A DNA stretch of 64,000 bases from Octopus sinensis (lineage: Eukaryota), in NCBI RefSeq assembly GCF_006345805.1, contig NC_043018.1:9858001-9922000 (forward strand), in the 5' to 3' direction. Positions 1 through 14,300 of the stretch are shown one piece after another (the first letter of the stretch is position 1; each line of letters starts with the position of its first letter). Under the pieces are notes generated by a model. That model did not search any database and had not been told where the DNA came from. It worked only from the letters and a program-made list of their open reading frames with translations. A program made the position numbers and the translations under genes.

Positions 1-270
1 GTTGTGCTCACAATTGTGAGATCGTGGGTTCAATTCCCCGACTGGGCATTGTTTTGGTTTCTTGAGCAAAGAACTTCATTTCACATTCCTCTGTGCTCAT
101 TCTGATGTGGTACCCGTTGCACCTGTGCAGGTAATGTCGATCTGATGGAGGGAGTGAGCTTATCTCTACACAGATGTTTGATCATTATAAACAAATCATC
201 TGTGTGGTTGTTTGGTAAGGAATTGTCAAACCCTCATACGTCGTCTAATGATGGAAGAGTCTATTATTGC

Positions 271-341
<71 letters not shown>

Positions 342-2185
342 TATATATAGCTCTCCAGCTCCTGTCAAACTGTTCAACCCATGGTAGATGAATGTTAAAT
401 GATGATGATATATGTATATATCTATCTACACACACACGCACACAAATGTGTATAAAGTTGCTCCTCAATAAGTTTCCATAAGTCAGAAAGAAAACATAGG
501 CACTCATTTATCAGGCAATAGAGGGGGTTTATTATTATTCATATGAATTTAATCTCCTAACAACCAGTTTCTGCATCTAAATGGTTTCATGGTGAAGAAC
601 CAAGTGAATCCATAATCACTGGACATGGCTGAATGAATAAGCATATCTTCATCTCTTTGTTCTTTTCTACTCAAGGCACAAGGCCCGAAATTTTGGAGGA
701 GGGGGTCCAATCGATTGGATAGACCCCAGCGCACAACTGGTGCTTAATTTATTGACATCCGAAAGGATGAAAGGCAAAGTCAACCTCAGTGGAATTTGAA
801 CTCAGAACATAAAGACAAATGAAATGCTGCTAAGCGTTTTGCCAGGCGTTCTAACGTTTCTGCCAGTTTGCTGCCTTGATCGCTTTATTACTGGAGGCCT
901 GAAATTACTACATTCAGTTTATGGGTCTCAGATGTTCAAATGATTATTAATTTACCTGTTTTTTAGTCTTAAAAAGGTTCTTCAACAGGAAACTGTTTGG
1001 TAACTGAAATTGGTTTTGGGACTAAAAAAGCTGGCCATTAAAATTCTCTGAATATTTTGCTATCTCCCAAACACCAAATTAATAATGACAAAATTAATTA
1101 CTGTACTAAATTTCTTCTAAACCTTACTCGTTAGTATGTTTTCAGGCAAGTCAAGAAATACTTAATTGCTATTGTTTTTATTCAATTAGCAAAACAATGG
1201 AAGCATCTCCTCCCCCTCCTACAACAACAAGAAGCCTTAAGATTGGTTATAAACTATTTCACATCAAATTATCTACTCTAATTTATGCAAAAATATGTAA
1301 ATGTTTGCAGTAGACTTGTATTCATAAAAATGTCAAAATTTATTAAGAGAACAAATAATTTTTTTTCGTCTTTATTGGAAAAATCTAATTTATATTCTGG
1401 AGTTGTGCTTATTTGACAAGTGACTCTTGATTTGAAATTGGGTGTTGAAGCAGAAAGAATTATTATCAGAGAAGGAACATTTTAATGATTGAAAAAACCA
1501 CACAAACACTGTTAAATTCATTCTTAATTTCCTTCATGAGGTGCCAAACATTTTGTCAACCCACATCATGATCTTTAGCATAGCTTGACAGAGATGCAGT
1601 TGAATTGTGTCAACAGTGAAGGTTGAAGTTTCTGCTACAAAGACTTTCGCATCTCATCAGATAAACTAAAAGCAAACAAACTTTTGTATATTTCTTGCTT
1701 TTTTTTAAATTGCTAAAATGACTTTTCCACAATTTAATCGCTAACAATAATTTACAGTTTAATAATCTTTACCCATCTTTTGCCCTTCATCTCCTAGCAT
1801 AAAGTTGCCCCCTTTTAAAGTTTGTAGTCTTGCCAACTGCATGGTGGCCCTCGCTATTGCCAGTGATGAGACAATGCACTCCAGTACATGTAAAGTGGTC
1901 AGCAGTAAGGACATCCAACTGTGGAAACCCTGCCAAAGCAGACTGGAACATGATGCTAATCTTGGGCCCATCGAATCCACTGCCTGCGTCAGTTGTTGAC
2001 TGCCATGACACTGCATCCTTTAAGGCCCTCATGCTTTCCGAAATCCGTCGAAACTACACCTAATTATACATACACTTTCGATGAGTTGTAGTGCACCTGA
2101 GCACTGTACACAATGTTTATTATTATTATTATTAAAACGCCAACATAGAACAAGGATATTAAATGATAATTTACTTCTCTTTCAG

Positions 2186-2311
2186 GCTGATGAATTCCAA
2201 GATGTTGTCCAAGTGATGAGAGAATTTCTTCCAACTGTAGAATCTGAGTTAAAATTCCGACCCCTACCTGATGATGAACTTTCCATAATTCATTTGATCG
2301 AACGACACGAA
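2186..2311 (+). CDS. MACF1/DST: Spectraplakin exon, spectrin repeat ([16 protein letters not shown]...IERHE), phase 0/0
   Basis: ttctctttcAG acceptor, GTAAGT donor, 126 nt open. Confidence 0.9.
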
Positions 2312-5300
2312 GTAAGTTTATTTCCTCATTTCTATTTTTTCCTTTTGTAATTTTTATATCTCCCTCTCTTTCACTTCTTGTTTTTTCCTCTCTAAAATTG
2401 CAATCGAACCTTTTAGCATTTAAACCAGCCACAATATTTGACCCATTTTATGCTCAAACTAGCCATATCTGGCCTCTCGCACTTACCCTACAATGTCATT
2501 CTAAAAATTAAGTTACCTCATCAAGATTTCAAAGCTGTGAGACAACGCATGATTAATTCGTGTTAGGAAGGGCATCCAGCTGTAGAAACTCCGGCAGATC
2601 AAGATTGGAGCCTGGTGCAGCCATCTGGTTCACCAGCCCTCAGTCAAATCGTCCAACCCATGCTAGCATGGAAAGCAGACATTAAACGATGATGATGATG
2701 ATGAGTGTGTTTAAATAAGCTTTACATTTGACAGAGTAATATGAAAGTCGAAGGGTTAAATATATCCATACACATACATGCACGCACATATGCAAATTTC
2801 AACGTTTTGCCATGCCTGGATTGGCAGGCAGTTCTCCTTCTCCACAAACGTTGTCATTTAACCAGGTCCTGTCTCCTCACCTCTGTGCAATGCAACAGCT
2901 TCAGAGCAATTTATATATTTTAACCAATTAGTATCTAAACCAGCCATATCCAACCAAAATAGTCTCCCTGTTTAATGTTCAAACTGACCTGATTCAGCCT
3001 CTGATGCTTACCCTACAATGTCAGTATAAAAAACATACAATCTCATCAGTAAAATCTCAAAGCTATGAGATATTGCAGGATTAATTGATAACAATGTGAA
3101 TAATGAAGCAATAACATTTGATAGGAATCTGAATTCTCAGGGGTTAAACCAGCCATATCCACCCCAAATATTCTACCTGTTCAACATTTAAACCAGCCGG
3201 ATTCAGCCTCTCACACCTATCACTCAATGTCCTTCTAAAAATAAACAATCACATCATTGAAATCTCAAAGCTACAAGAGAGGTCAGGATGAATTCAAAGC
3301 AATATGAATAAATAAACACTACATTTGAAAGAAAATTCTTAATGCTAAAGGGTTAATTATACTAATTAAAATTTAATACTTTAGAATGATAAATTATATC
3401 ATCCTTTTTTATACAGACTCACCTGAGGCCACCTCTGGTTCTAAGATACAAAATCCCTATTTTAAAATTATCTAAATAAAAATCTTCCATCAAGATTTCA
3501 TGTAAATATTTTACAAACACTAGCTTCATAACGAGTCATTTCATTAACTTCATTATTTCCCAGGGCCTCAAAGATCAGTGGCAGGAAGGGAGAAAGTTAT
3601 ACATACATGTCTGTGAAAATGTGTGTGTGTATATATTCTATTGCTTGTGTAAATCAATTTTTCAGAAATTCCAAGAACGTCTTCGTAATCACCAAGACAC
3701 AGTTGACAAAATCAAGGTCCTCGCTGAAAGAATTTTAAAACACTGTCACCCAAATGCTGTGAGATTTGTCAAATATTACCTTACAATCACTCAAACACGG
3801 TGGGATCAAGTAAGTACTACGACCACTACCTGTTATTATTCCATAATGAAACCATTCTATGAAAATATATATTTCTTTACTACCCACAAGAGGCTAAACA
3901 CAGAGGGGACAAACAAGGACAGACAAAGGGATTAAGTCGATTATATCAACTCCAGTGTGTAACTGGTACTTATTTAATCGACCCCGAAAGGATAAAAGGC
4001 AAAGTTGACCGTGGCAGAACTTGAACTCAGAACGTAGCGGCAGACGAAATACCGCTAAGCATTTCGCACGGTGTGCTAACGTTTCTGCCAGCTTGCCACC
4101 TTCTATGAAAATATAGTACATTCTATGAAAATATAGTACAGCATTAGTATTGAGGATAACAGCTAGGTATTCTGTGACTGGTTGTGGGGTAACCAAAATC
4201 TTTACATTTTATTATGTAACTGGCGCAGCATGGCTGTGTGGTAAGAAGCTTGCTTTCTAACCACATGGTTCCGGGTTCAATCCCACTGCGTGGCACCTTG
4301 GGCAAGTGTCTTTTACTATAGTATCGGGCAGACCAAAGCCTTGTGAGTGGATTTGGTAGACGGAAACTGAAAGAAGCTTGTTGTATATACATATATGTGA
4401 CAACTGATGCTGGTGTGTTTACGTCCCTGCAACTTAGCAGTTTGGCAGAAGAGACTGATGGAATAAGTCCTGGGGCCGATTTGTTCGTCCAGTGGCAGCG
4501 CTCCAGCATGGCCGCAGTCAGTTGACTGAAACAAATAAAAGAATAATACTTGTGCATGTTCAGTTGTTTTTATGCCCAGAGTAAGTTAATGCCTTGCAGC
4601 CTCTTGTACCAGGGGCCAGGGGCCAGGGTAGTGTTGTTCTTCAGACGATTCTATGTCAAAGCACCCTGCTACAGTTTCTGCAACTGATTCTGATTTCATT
4701 GACTCCAAAAAAGCAAAGGCAACTTTGGATTAATTTGAGCTCAGAACGTGGAGACAGATGAAATGCCGCTAACCATTTTGCCTGGCATACGAACGGTTCT
4801 GCCAGCTTGCTACCTTAGCCTGCTTCATAATATTACTATTTACTTAAACATTATTATTATTATGAGGATGCATGGCCTAGTGGTTGGGGTGCTGCACTCA
4901 TGATTACGAGATCATGGTTTCAATTCCTAGACCGGATCGTGTGTTGCGTTCTTGAGCTCAGCACTTCATCTCACACTGTTCTGTGATCACGTTGACACCT
5001 GACACATGACACACCTTGCACCTGTTCAAACAACATTGATCCGATGGAGAAAGAGAGAGAGAGAGAGAGAGAGTTAGCTTATGTTTAACACAAAACATTT
5101 GATCCCTATAAACAAATCCTTTGTGCTGGCCATTCAGCAAAAGCTGAAAACTCGTTACGTCACCTTCCACAGGAGGTTCTCTCACTAGTCTCATTAGTTA
5201 AGTTTTCTGCTATGCATACTTTTGTAATATGTTGCTAGATCGCTTTAAATCTTAGACCCCCTTCAGTCATGACTGACCATGGGATTGCACCTAGAAAGTT

Positions 5301-8300
5301 ACCCTCCCAGGCAAGGTTGTTTATGGAAGACCAGCAGTCGCCCATGCATACCGGCCTCCCCTCTCCATGCCACCAGTGTTATCCAAGGGAAAGGCAAAGG
5401 GTCCGATACAGCTTGGCACCTGTGACGTCACAACTCCTTTCGACTGGAGCAACGTGAAATTATGTGTCTTGCTCAAGAACACAACACGCAGCCCAGTCCA
5501 GGATTTTATCTCACAACCTCACGATCTAACCACTGAGCCATGCGCCTTCACTATTGCTTTACATATTACATGCTTTAATGTACTAAAAGCTTTCGTTCAT
5601 GATTATACTCTGCTGAAACTAAGGGGGGGTGCTTAATATACCTGTGCATCTTTTATGCCATTAGATATGGTATATTGTCTGGGTTTATGAAATTGGTAAG
5701 TTATGGGGGAATGCAAATGAAAGTAATCGGTTTGTCTGCTGGTTATTATATTCTTCATATTTAGATGTAGTTAGCACAGACACTTTGGTAAATTAGAAAA
5801 ACAAAAGACAACTGCATTCTTTAGTTTTAAGCCAGATTATTTCAAGGACTATAATACTGTTTCCCTTTCATAATCTTGCAGCTTAATCAATGCTTAATTA
5901 AACATGCATTTAATTAAAGAAAAAGAAAATACTTAGGTGTGACTCATAGGTGCAGGTGTGGCTGTATGGTAAGAAGCTTGCTCCTTAACCACATGGTTCC
6001 AGGTTCAGTCCCACTGTATGGTAAGTGTCTTCTACTATAGATTTGGGCTGACCAAAGACTTGTAAGTGGATTTGATAGATGGAAACTGAAAGAAGCCCTT
6101 CGTGTGTCTGTGTCGGTTTGTTCCCCAACATTGCTTGACAACTGATGTTGGTGTTTTTATGGCAAAAAGTGACCAATAAAATGAGTACCAGGCTTAACAG
6201 AAAATAAGGGCTGGGGTCGATTCATTCAACTAAAATAAATTGGTTCAAGGTGGTGCCCCAACATGGCCATAGTTTAATGACCGAAACAAGTAAAAGTAAA
6301 AAGATAAATAGTAATTCATATTAATTTTGAAATAAATTTCTCTTAATTAATCTCATTTCTTGTAATCATTTAATTGCAGTTGATACAGCGATCCCATTCC
6401 AGAGCCCAACGACTGCAGGATGCATTGAAGAGTATTCAGGGAAACGCTGCTTTATTAGAAGAATTACTGGCCTGGTTGACCGATTGCCAAGTGTTACTGG
6501 CAACGAAAGAGAAAGACCCGATTCCAGAGGACATTCAAGTTGTAGAGACCCTATTAAAAGAGCACCAGGTAAGTTGTGGTAGGGGTTTTATTAACCAAAT
6601 GCCCCAGTAATGAGGGACCAAGTTTGGAGAGTTCCAGAGTTTTGAAGCATGTGGAACCACCTCTAAGCTGCAGTTGTTCCCTACACCTGACAGGTGCAAC
6701 TACTCTGACCTGGAGTAGTTGTATCTGTCAGGGTCTCAGATATTGTTTAAATAGCACATTAGGGTTTACCTACCTGGGTGTGTGAAGACTGGATCTGCTG
6801 AACTATGTGGAAGAATCCTTTATGGTTCAGCAGGGGGGAAGGGCAACTTCAGCAATGCATTGTGGAGTACAGAGAGTAAGGCAAGGTAAATAAGATGTCT
6901 TGGTTACCCACTGCACCCGTCTCTGTCCCCAGTTTTTTTTACCAGGTCGTGTCATTGAATGGAAACAGGTCACCGATGACTGAGTGAGGTTGACAGTGCA
7001 GAACTCTTCTTCTCTTCAAGGTCCCCACAAAAGTCAGCTGTCATTCTCAATGATGACGATCACAACTTAGAAATTTAGCAAATATTTACTTAAAGAACTA
7101 TCATTATTTAATGCCTGCTTTCCCTGCTTGCATGGGTTGGATGGTTCAACCGAGGACTGCACCAAGCTCCAGTGTCTGCTTTGACGGGGTTTCTACAGTT
7201 GGATGCCCTTCTTAATGTCAACCATCTTACAATGTACTGGATGCTCTTCATGTGGCACTGAATCCTATCAAGTTACCAAGTAACTCGCAAAATAAAACCC
7301 TTTCCTGTAAATATTCACTAAATATTTATTTAACTGTTTCACTTTGTTTAAAAGTTTTTACTTTGTTTAAAAGACCCAGTGGCCTCAAAAGTGGTTTCTG
7401 TTGCTTTTATTGCAGGATCTTCATGAAGAAATCACAAGTAAAAATGCCGATGCTGATCGACTGACCAAAATAGTGACAAGTGAATCAAAATTATCTCAAG
7501 GACGGCATTATGGAAGGTAAATGGAATTATTGATTTTTTTTTGTTTTTTTACCATTCTGAGACTCGAGTAAATCTCTTCAAATGTTCTGTATTTATAAAA
7601 TACTTGAGAAAGCCATATCTTTTACACACACACACACACACATGCAACCGTATTACCTGTCATATAATGGGGGAACTTTGGAATTATACTTTTGCCATCA
7701 TGGGTAATATCAGGAAATAATTCAACTTTTTCTGTGATTTGTCTATTCTGTAGTGAATTACTGATCGGATCTCTTCTATTTTTTCTAGTAATTGGAGATT
7801 AAATGAAATCGATGGCCACAATCCACGAGTTATTGCTCTGCAGAATAAATGGAGAACGGTGTGGCGTATGTCTGTAGACCGCAAGAAGAAATTACAGGAT
7901 GCGTTGGAAACTTTGATGGAGGTGAGTTTATTCATTTATTTCATATTGCAGTTGATGTACAAACAGTATCATGTTTAATAACGAGCCCATCGTTAATCCA
8001 TTGATTTAATTTTCATGACTATAGTGGCAAGGGGAGTTTCTGTAATTTGTTGCAGAACAAATATTGGTAAACACTTCACTCTGAAGGAACAGTGATAGCA
8101 AAGGATATACCTAGGTAAATGTAGGGTTAGGTGCTGGTGCCACATAGAAAGCATCCAGTCCACACCGTGAAGGGGTTGGCATTTGGAAGCTGTAAAAAAA
8201 TGATGACAAAACTGACCTTTCCTGTGCTAGTGTCATGTAAAACGCACTGAGTCCACTCTGCACAGTGGTTGGTGTTAGGAAAGACATCCAACTGTAAAAA

Positions 8301-11300
8301 CCCTGCCAAAACAGACACAGTAGCCTAGGGTAGTTTTTCTACCCGGCTAGCTCCTGTGATCCGTCCTACCTCTGCATGCATGAAAGATGGATGTTAAACG
8401 ATGGTGATGATGATGAACTTCTATTAGATTACTCTTTTAGTCTAAAGACTTAAGCTATTCTGTCTCTCACCCCCATCAATTTTTTAGGGATGGGACTTCA
8501 TTGAAGGGCAGTTTTTAATTTAAATGTGGGAGAGGGTGGAGGATCCCGCCGTCTTATGCTGGTTAATTATTTCACAAGTTAAACTCTTATGTAATTATGT
8601 CCCTTGGTTGTTTGTTACTAATTATCTTCCCTTGTTTCTGGAGTTGAAGAGGTTTCTACGTCATCACTCGGACACCCCCTCACTCCCATCTCTACATGTA
8701 GTAGTAACTAAATCTCCATCAAACATCTCATTATCTTCCCCCTCTGAAACATCGATCAATGCCCAGTTTCCGTTCGATGGAGTCACCCTTCTCTCCGTTT
8801 CGCTCAGAATTATTTTCTTAATAAATGTCCTAGAGTTACATCCCTTACCTTTTTTAACACTTTTTACTAGTTTCCACGTCTAAGGGAAGTTTTGAACATT
8901 GATGATGATGGTGTTGGTGCTTTCTAATTTAGGTACAGGGTTGATAAATTAAGTACCAATTGAGTACTGAGGTAGATGTAATTGCCTAGTTCCCTCCCCC
9001 AAATTTCAGGCCTTGTGCCTATAGCAGAAAGGATTATTATTATTATTAAGGTAGTGAGCTGGCAGAATCATTAGCACACCAGGGGAGATGCTTAATGGTA
9101 GTTTGTCTGCCACTATGTTCTGAGTTCAAATTCCGCCGAGGTCAACGGTCGATAAATTAAGTACCAGTTACATCCTGGGGTTGATATAATCAACTTAATC
9201 CGTTTGTCTGTCCTTGTTTGTCTCCTTTGGGGGAAGTAAAGAAATAAATTTAAGTACAAGACCAGCAGTTTTAAGAAAAGGGGTCAACTGATACTGTCAA
9301 CCCCAGTATATGACTGATACTTTTTGTTGGCCTCTGTGGGATTACAACTAAACAGTCACTCCTGCGCCTGTTGTTACCGATGCACGAGGCGGCGGATGGT
9401 TTATATGCCATGGATGTCAAATGTTGATGATGATGATGTTGGGCAACCATACTCTCATTGTTGTTTTAGAAAGTTTTACCTGATCAATATTTTTTTTCAA
9501 TTCTTTATTGATTATTGCATTTATTGAACCTGGATGTAAAGTGTTAGAAACTTTGTTTATCTTCTCTGTGTTTTTTTGTTTAGCTTGAAAGTTTTAAGAA
9601 CTTTGATTTTGACCTTTGGCGTCAACGATATCTGAGCTGGATTCAAGAAAAGAAACTTCGCATCACAGACTTCTTCAGGCGGCAGGACAAAGACTGCGAT
9701 GGAGCTTTAACTCGTAAAGAATTTGTAGAAGGAATGATCCAAACCAGTAAGTAATGCATTATTTTCAAAATAATTTCAGATAGTCTCAAAACAGTGACAT
9801 TTTGGTGGCATCGGTTTTTAAAAAAAGATTTGCTTCTTTAATTTAAGAAAGCAAAAAAAAAAAATTTTTTGGAAAGTTCCAAATTTATCACAACAGAGTC
9901 CAAACTGCATGTAATTCTTTAATATACCATTCTGAAGACAATGTTGTACTTCAGAGCTATTTATCCTAAAACAGCTTTTAACATCCTACCAGTACGATTT
10001 TTAAAGAATTAACTGCAAGAGTAAAGAAAGACTCCATAAAACCTTCAAAGAATAACTTAATATTCTTCAGTTGGTAAAACTCTGTAGCCAGGTATGTTTT
10101 CCTATTTCTGGATGCAATTGTAGAAATATGTAGACTGGCTCTGACAACCGTTGCTAGTGTGTTTATGTCCCTGTAACCGATTGAATAAGTACTAGGCTTA
10201 CACAGAATAAGTTCTGGGGTCGATTTGCTCGGCTAAAGGCGGTGCTCCAGCATGGCCACTGTCAACATGACTGAAACAAGTAAAAGATTATCTAAAATCA
10301 ACTCCAGAAGAATTCAACTGATCTGATGTGATGATTTTTTTAAAAGCTTTCTTTTTGTTTCGTCTTTTTTGCAGAATTCCCAACCAACAAAACAGAACTT
10401 AATGCTGTATTCGATATTTTCGACCCAAACCACACTGGAAAAATTGTCTACAGAAACTTTATTGCTGCCTTGAAACCAGACAGACATGTAAGAAACACAT
10501 TTTGCTTTTTCCCTTTTTCTTGTGTTTTCCTTCTCACACCTGGATTTAAAGATTATATCTTCCTAAACTAACACCTGCATTGTTACCTCAGAATGTAATG
10601 ACAGACAAAATGCCAATAATAATAATAATAATCCTTTCTACTAAAGGCACAAGGCTTGAAATTTTGGGGTGAAGGGTAAGTCAATTACATCAACCCCAGT
10701 GTTTCACTGGTACTGAAAGGATGAAAGGCTAAGTCGACCTCAGCAGAATTTCAACTCAGAATGTAAAGATAGACGAAATACCCCTAAGCATTTTGTCTGG
10801 CATGCTAACAAATCTGCCAGCTCACTGCTTTAATAACCACAGCAGCAACAACAACAATTCTTTCTGCTATAGACAAAAGGCCTGAAACTTAGGGGTGGAG
10901 GCCAGTCAGTTACACACCAACCCCAGTGCTCAACTGGTATTGACCCTGAAAAATGAAAGGCAATGTTGACCTTCAGTGAGATTTGAAATCAGAATGTAAA
11001 GAAATGCTGCTAAAGTGTTTTGTTCAACACACGAACAATTTTGCCAGATTGCCACCATAATAATAATAATAATAAGGGCATTCAGAGAGTGCAAACCCCT
11101 TCAAGGCAGCACTAATGTCCTCTCAACGATTAGCCAGAGATGATTTTTAAAACGAGAATATCTGAAATAAACTCAACTGCTCACACAAATGAGAATACTA
11201 AAAATGAACCCGACTGCTCTCAAAAATTAAGTAAAAGGACAGGAAAAAAGTAATCCAGAATCCTTGTCCAGTACCAGATTGATCCCCAAATCTAATCAGT

Positions 11301-14300
11301 TTGTGCCAGTCAAAAGGCCAAACATCCCTGAAAGTTTCATTTAAATCCATCCAGCAGTTCTTGAGATATCTTGTCCACGGACAAACAAACAAATATGACT
11401 GAAAACAATGCCTCCACCTTCGCTATGGCAGAGGTAATAATAATAATAAACAATAATCCTTTCTACTATAGGCAGAAGGCTGGGAATTTGGGGGAGGGGG
11501 ATAGTTGATTACATTGACCCCAGTGTGTAACTGGTATTTATTTCAGTTGACCCTGAAAGGATGAAAGGCAAAGTTGACCTTGTCAGAATGTAGTGACAGG
11601 TAAAATACCACGAAACGTGCAAGCGATTCTGCCAGCTCACCACCTTGATGATGATGATGATGACAATTTCTTAGATAAATACAGGTTTCAGATCTTTGGA
11701 GAAGAGGAACTACATTGTGGGCTTCAAATTTGACATATTGCTGAGGGTGGTGGGGGAAAATCTTTCCTCTCTCAGCATCAGTTGTGCTCCATCGATGAGG
11801 CACATCAACATTACACATCCAATGGAGCGTTTCAAAAAGCATCGGAAACAACTCCAGACATGTTCCAGTTTTATTGGAACGCCTCAGCAATATTCTTCAC
11901 TGGACTTGCTAAACTGGTAATTAGAAGAGAATTGTTAACGAGATATACAGTATTATAGAGATGTACTCGCATAGTAAGTGATTTGATCTGAGATCGTGTG
12001 CTGAAACGAAAACAATTGCAGCGTGGAAGGTGTTTATAAGCCATTTAAGAAATACACAAAAGCCGTTCCATTCACTTCAACATTTAAGTTTAATTTGTCA
12101 AAATATTTTCGTCGCTTTAAGACGGCGACCTGTTCACTGACAAAAATCCGTGCTGCATCACAGTATTATACACAAATACTTTTGGATTTTTGTAAATAAT
12201 TGATTTTGCATTACTTCCACTATGAAAAGCTCATGAACACCTGGTTACTAATTAATGCTTGTGAATTTTGCTTTCTTCCACAGAAACAAGCTCGTCTGAA
12301 GACAGGTAAACGCCAAGCTACAGATTCTGAGATGATTCATGATGAAGTAGAACGTCAGATCTCTCAGTGCCAATGCCGACATCAGTTCAAAGCAGAAAGA
12401 ATTCAAGATGGACAATACAGAGTAAGTTAGCCAAAAGACCTTTTTTTTCTCTTTCCTTTATAGAATACCTTGTGGTAATCATTATCATTGTTTAAAGGCC
12501 CACTTTTCTATGCTTGCATGGAACTTTTCAAGACACATTTTCTATGGCTGGATGCCCTTCCAGTTGCCAGTCCTCACCTGTTTCCAAGTAAGGTAATATT
12601 TCCCCATGACCAGACATGTTTTCTGAGAATATTGGAAAGAAAGGACACTGCTTGTATGACAGTGGCACTCACAATTATCATGTGATGTCAAGGCAAGGAG
12701 ACAGTTACACACATGACAAGCTTCGTTCAGTTTCCATCTACCAAATCCACTTACAAGGCTCTGTTCAGCCTGGGGCTTTAAGTTAAAAACACTTGCCCAA
12801 AGCTGCCACACAGTGGCACTGAACCCGGAACCATGTTGTTGGGAAACAAACTTCTTACCACACAACCATGTAATAAATAAATGAACTTATGTGTGTGAAG
12901 ACACGTGGCTTAATGGTTAGAGCATTCGGCTCACAATTGTAAGGTCAGGAGTTCAATTCCCAGTGACGTATTGTCCCCTTGAGCAAGACATTTTATTTCA
13001 CATTGGTCCAGTCCACTCAGCTGGCAAAAATGAGTTGTACCTGTATTTCAAAGGGCCATCCTTGTTACATTGAATCTCCCTGAGAACTACGTTAAGGGTA
13101 CATGTGTCTGTGGAGTGCTCAGCAACTTGCACCGTTAATTTCACGAGCAGGCTGTTCCGTAGATCATATCAGCTGGGATCCTCGTCATTGTAACTGACAT
13201 GGTGCTCCAACCAGAAGATAAGTACAAACTGTAACATTGGTTTCAAATTCTGGCACAAAGCCAGCAGTTTTAGTAGAGGAGGTAAGTTGATTACATCAAC
13301 CTCAGTACACCACTGGTACTTATTTTATCAACCCTGAAATAATGAAAGGCAAAGTTGACCTCGGAGGAATTTGAACTCAGAATGTAAAGACAAATGAAAT
13401 GCTTCTCAGCATTTCCCCGATGTGCTGACCATTCTGCCAGCTCACTGCCTTTAGTACAGAATGTAAGATGGCTTGCAAATTTTGGCACCAGGCCACTGAC
13501 ATAGCAAGAGGGGGCGGTTAGTCGATTACATCGACCCCAGTGTTCAACTGGTACTTATCTCATTGCTATTTCATCATATTTCTGTGGTCAAAGTGAACCT
13601 TGGCAGCATTTGAAAGTACATCATCATCATTGTTTAACGTCCATTTTTCCAAGCTGGCATAGGTTGGAAAGTTTGACTGAAGTCTGGAAAGCCAGCCGCT
13701 GCATCAGGTTCAAATCTGATCTGGTAGTATTTCTACATCCGGATGCCCTTCCTAACACCAACTACTCCGAGAGTGTAGTGGGTGCTTTTTACATGCCACC
13801 AGACGGGAGTTATATTTAGAAGGGAATGACCAAAGACCTGGAAACCATTTCCTGTCTTGACCGCCTCTTGTTTAAATCTGGTAAGTTATATTTTCCGTTT
13901 TTCTGTTTCAGTTTGGTGAGAATCTGAAATTGAAGTTGGTCCGCTTCCTTAACAGTTGTGTGATGGTGAGAGTTGGTGGAGGTTGGGTTACGCTTGATGA
14001 ATTCTTGGAAACCAACGATCCTTGCCGAGGTAGGTTCCACTCTATTTCCATGGTATTTTGTAACCGATTCTTTTGCATCAGGAATGATTTGTTTTTAGAC
14101 TGTTAATAACTGTACTAATTCATTATTCATTAACTCTTTTGCATGAAATTAATTTGTGTTGTTTTTATTGTTGTTTGTGTGTGTTTAAATAAATATAAAT
14201 GGAAGTTTAGATATTTCCATTTAGAAAGACAGTTTTAAATGTTGGGTATTGTTGAATATTTCTTGTCATCTCCAAAACCAGGGTCTTGGCTCATTAGGAG

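Noticed and set aside
1641-1660. Minus-strand CUGAUGA-G-aug-C-GAAA canonical hammerhead core
   Set aside because: No stem I pairing in any register and no credible stem III; single copy; likely chance.
13820-13880. Extra exon ending at a strong GTAAGT only 31 nt before the GAR exon
   Set aside because: Poor acceptor, 61 nt, no homology to spectraplakins, adjoins an RTE tail remnant; unsupported without reads.
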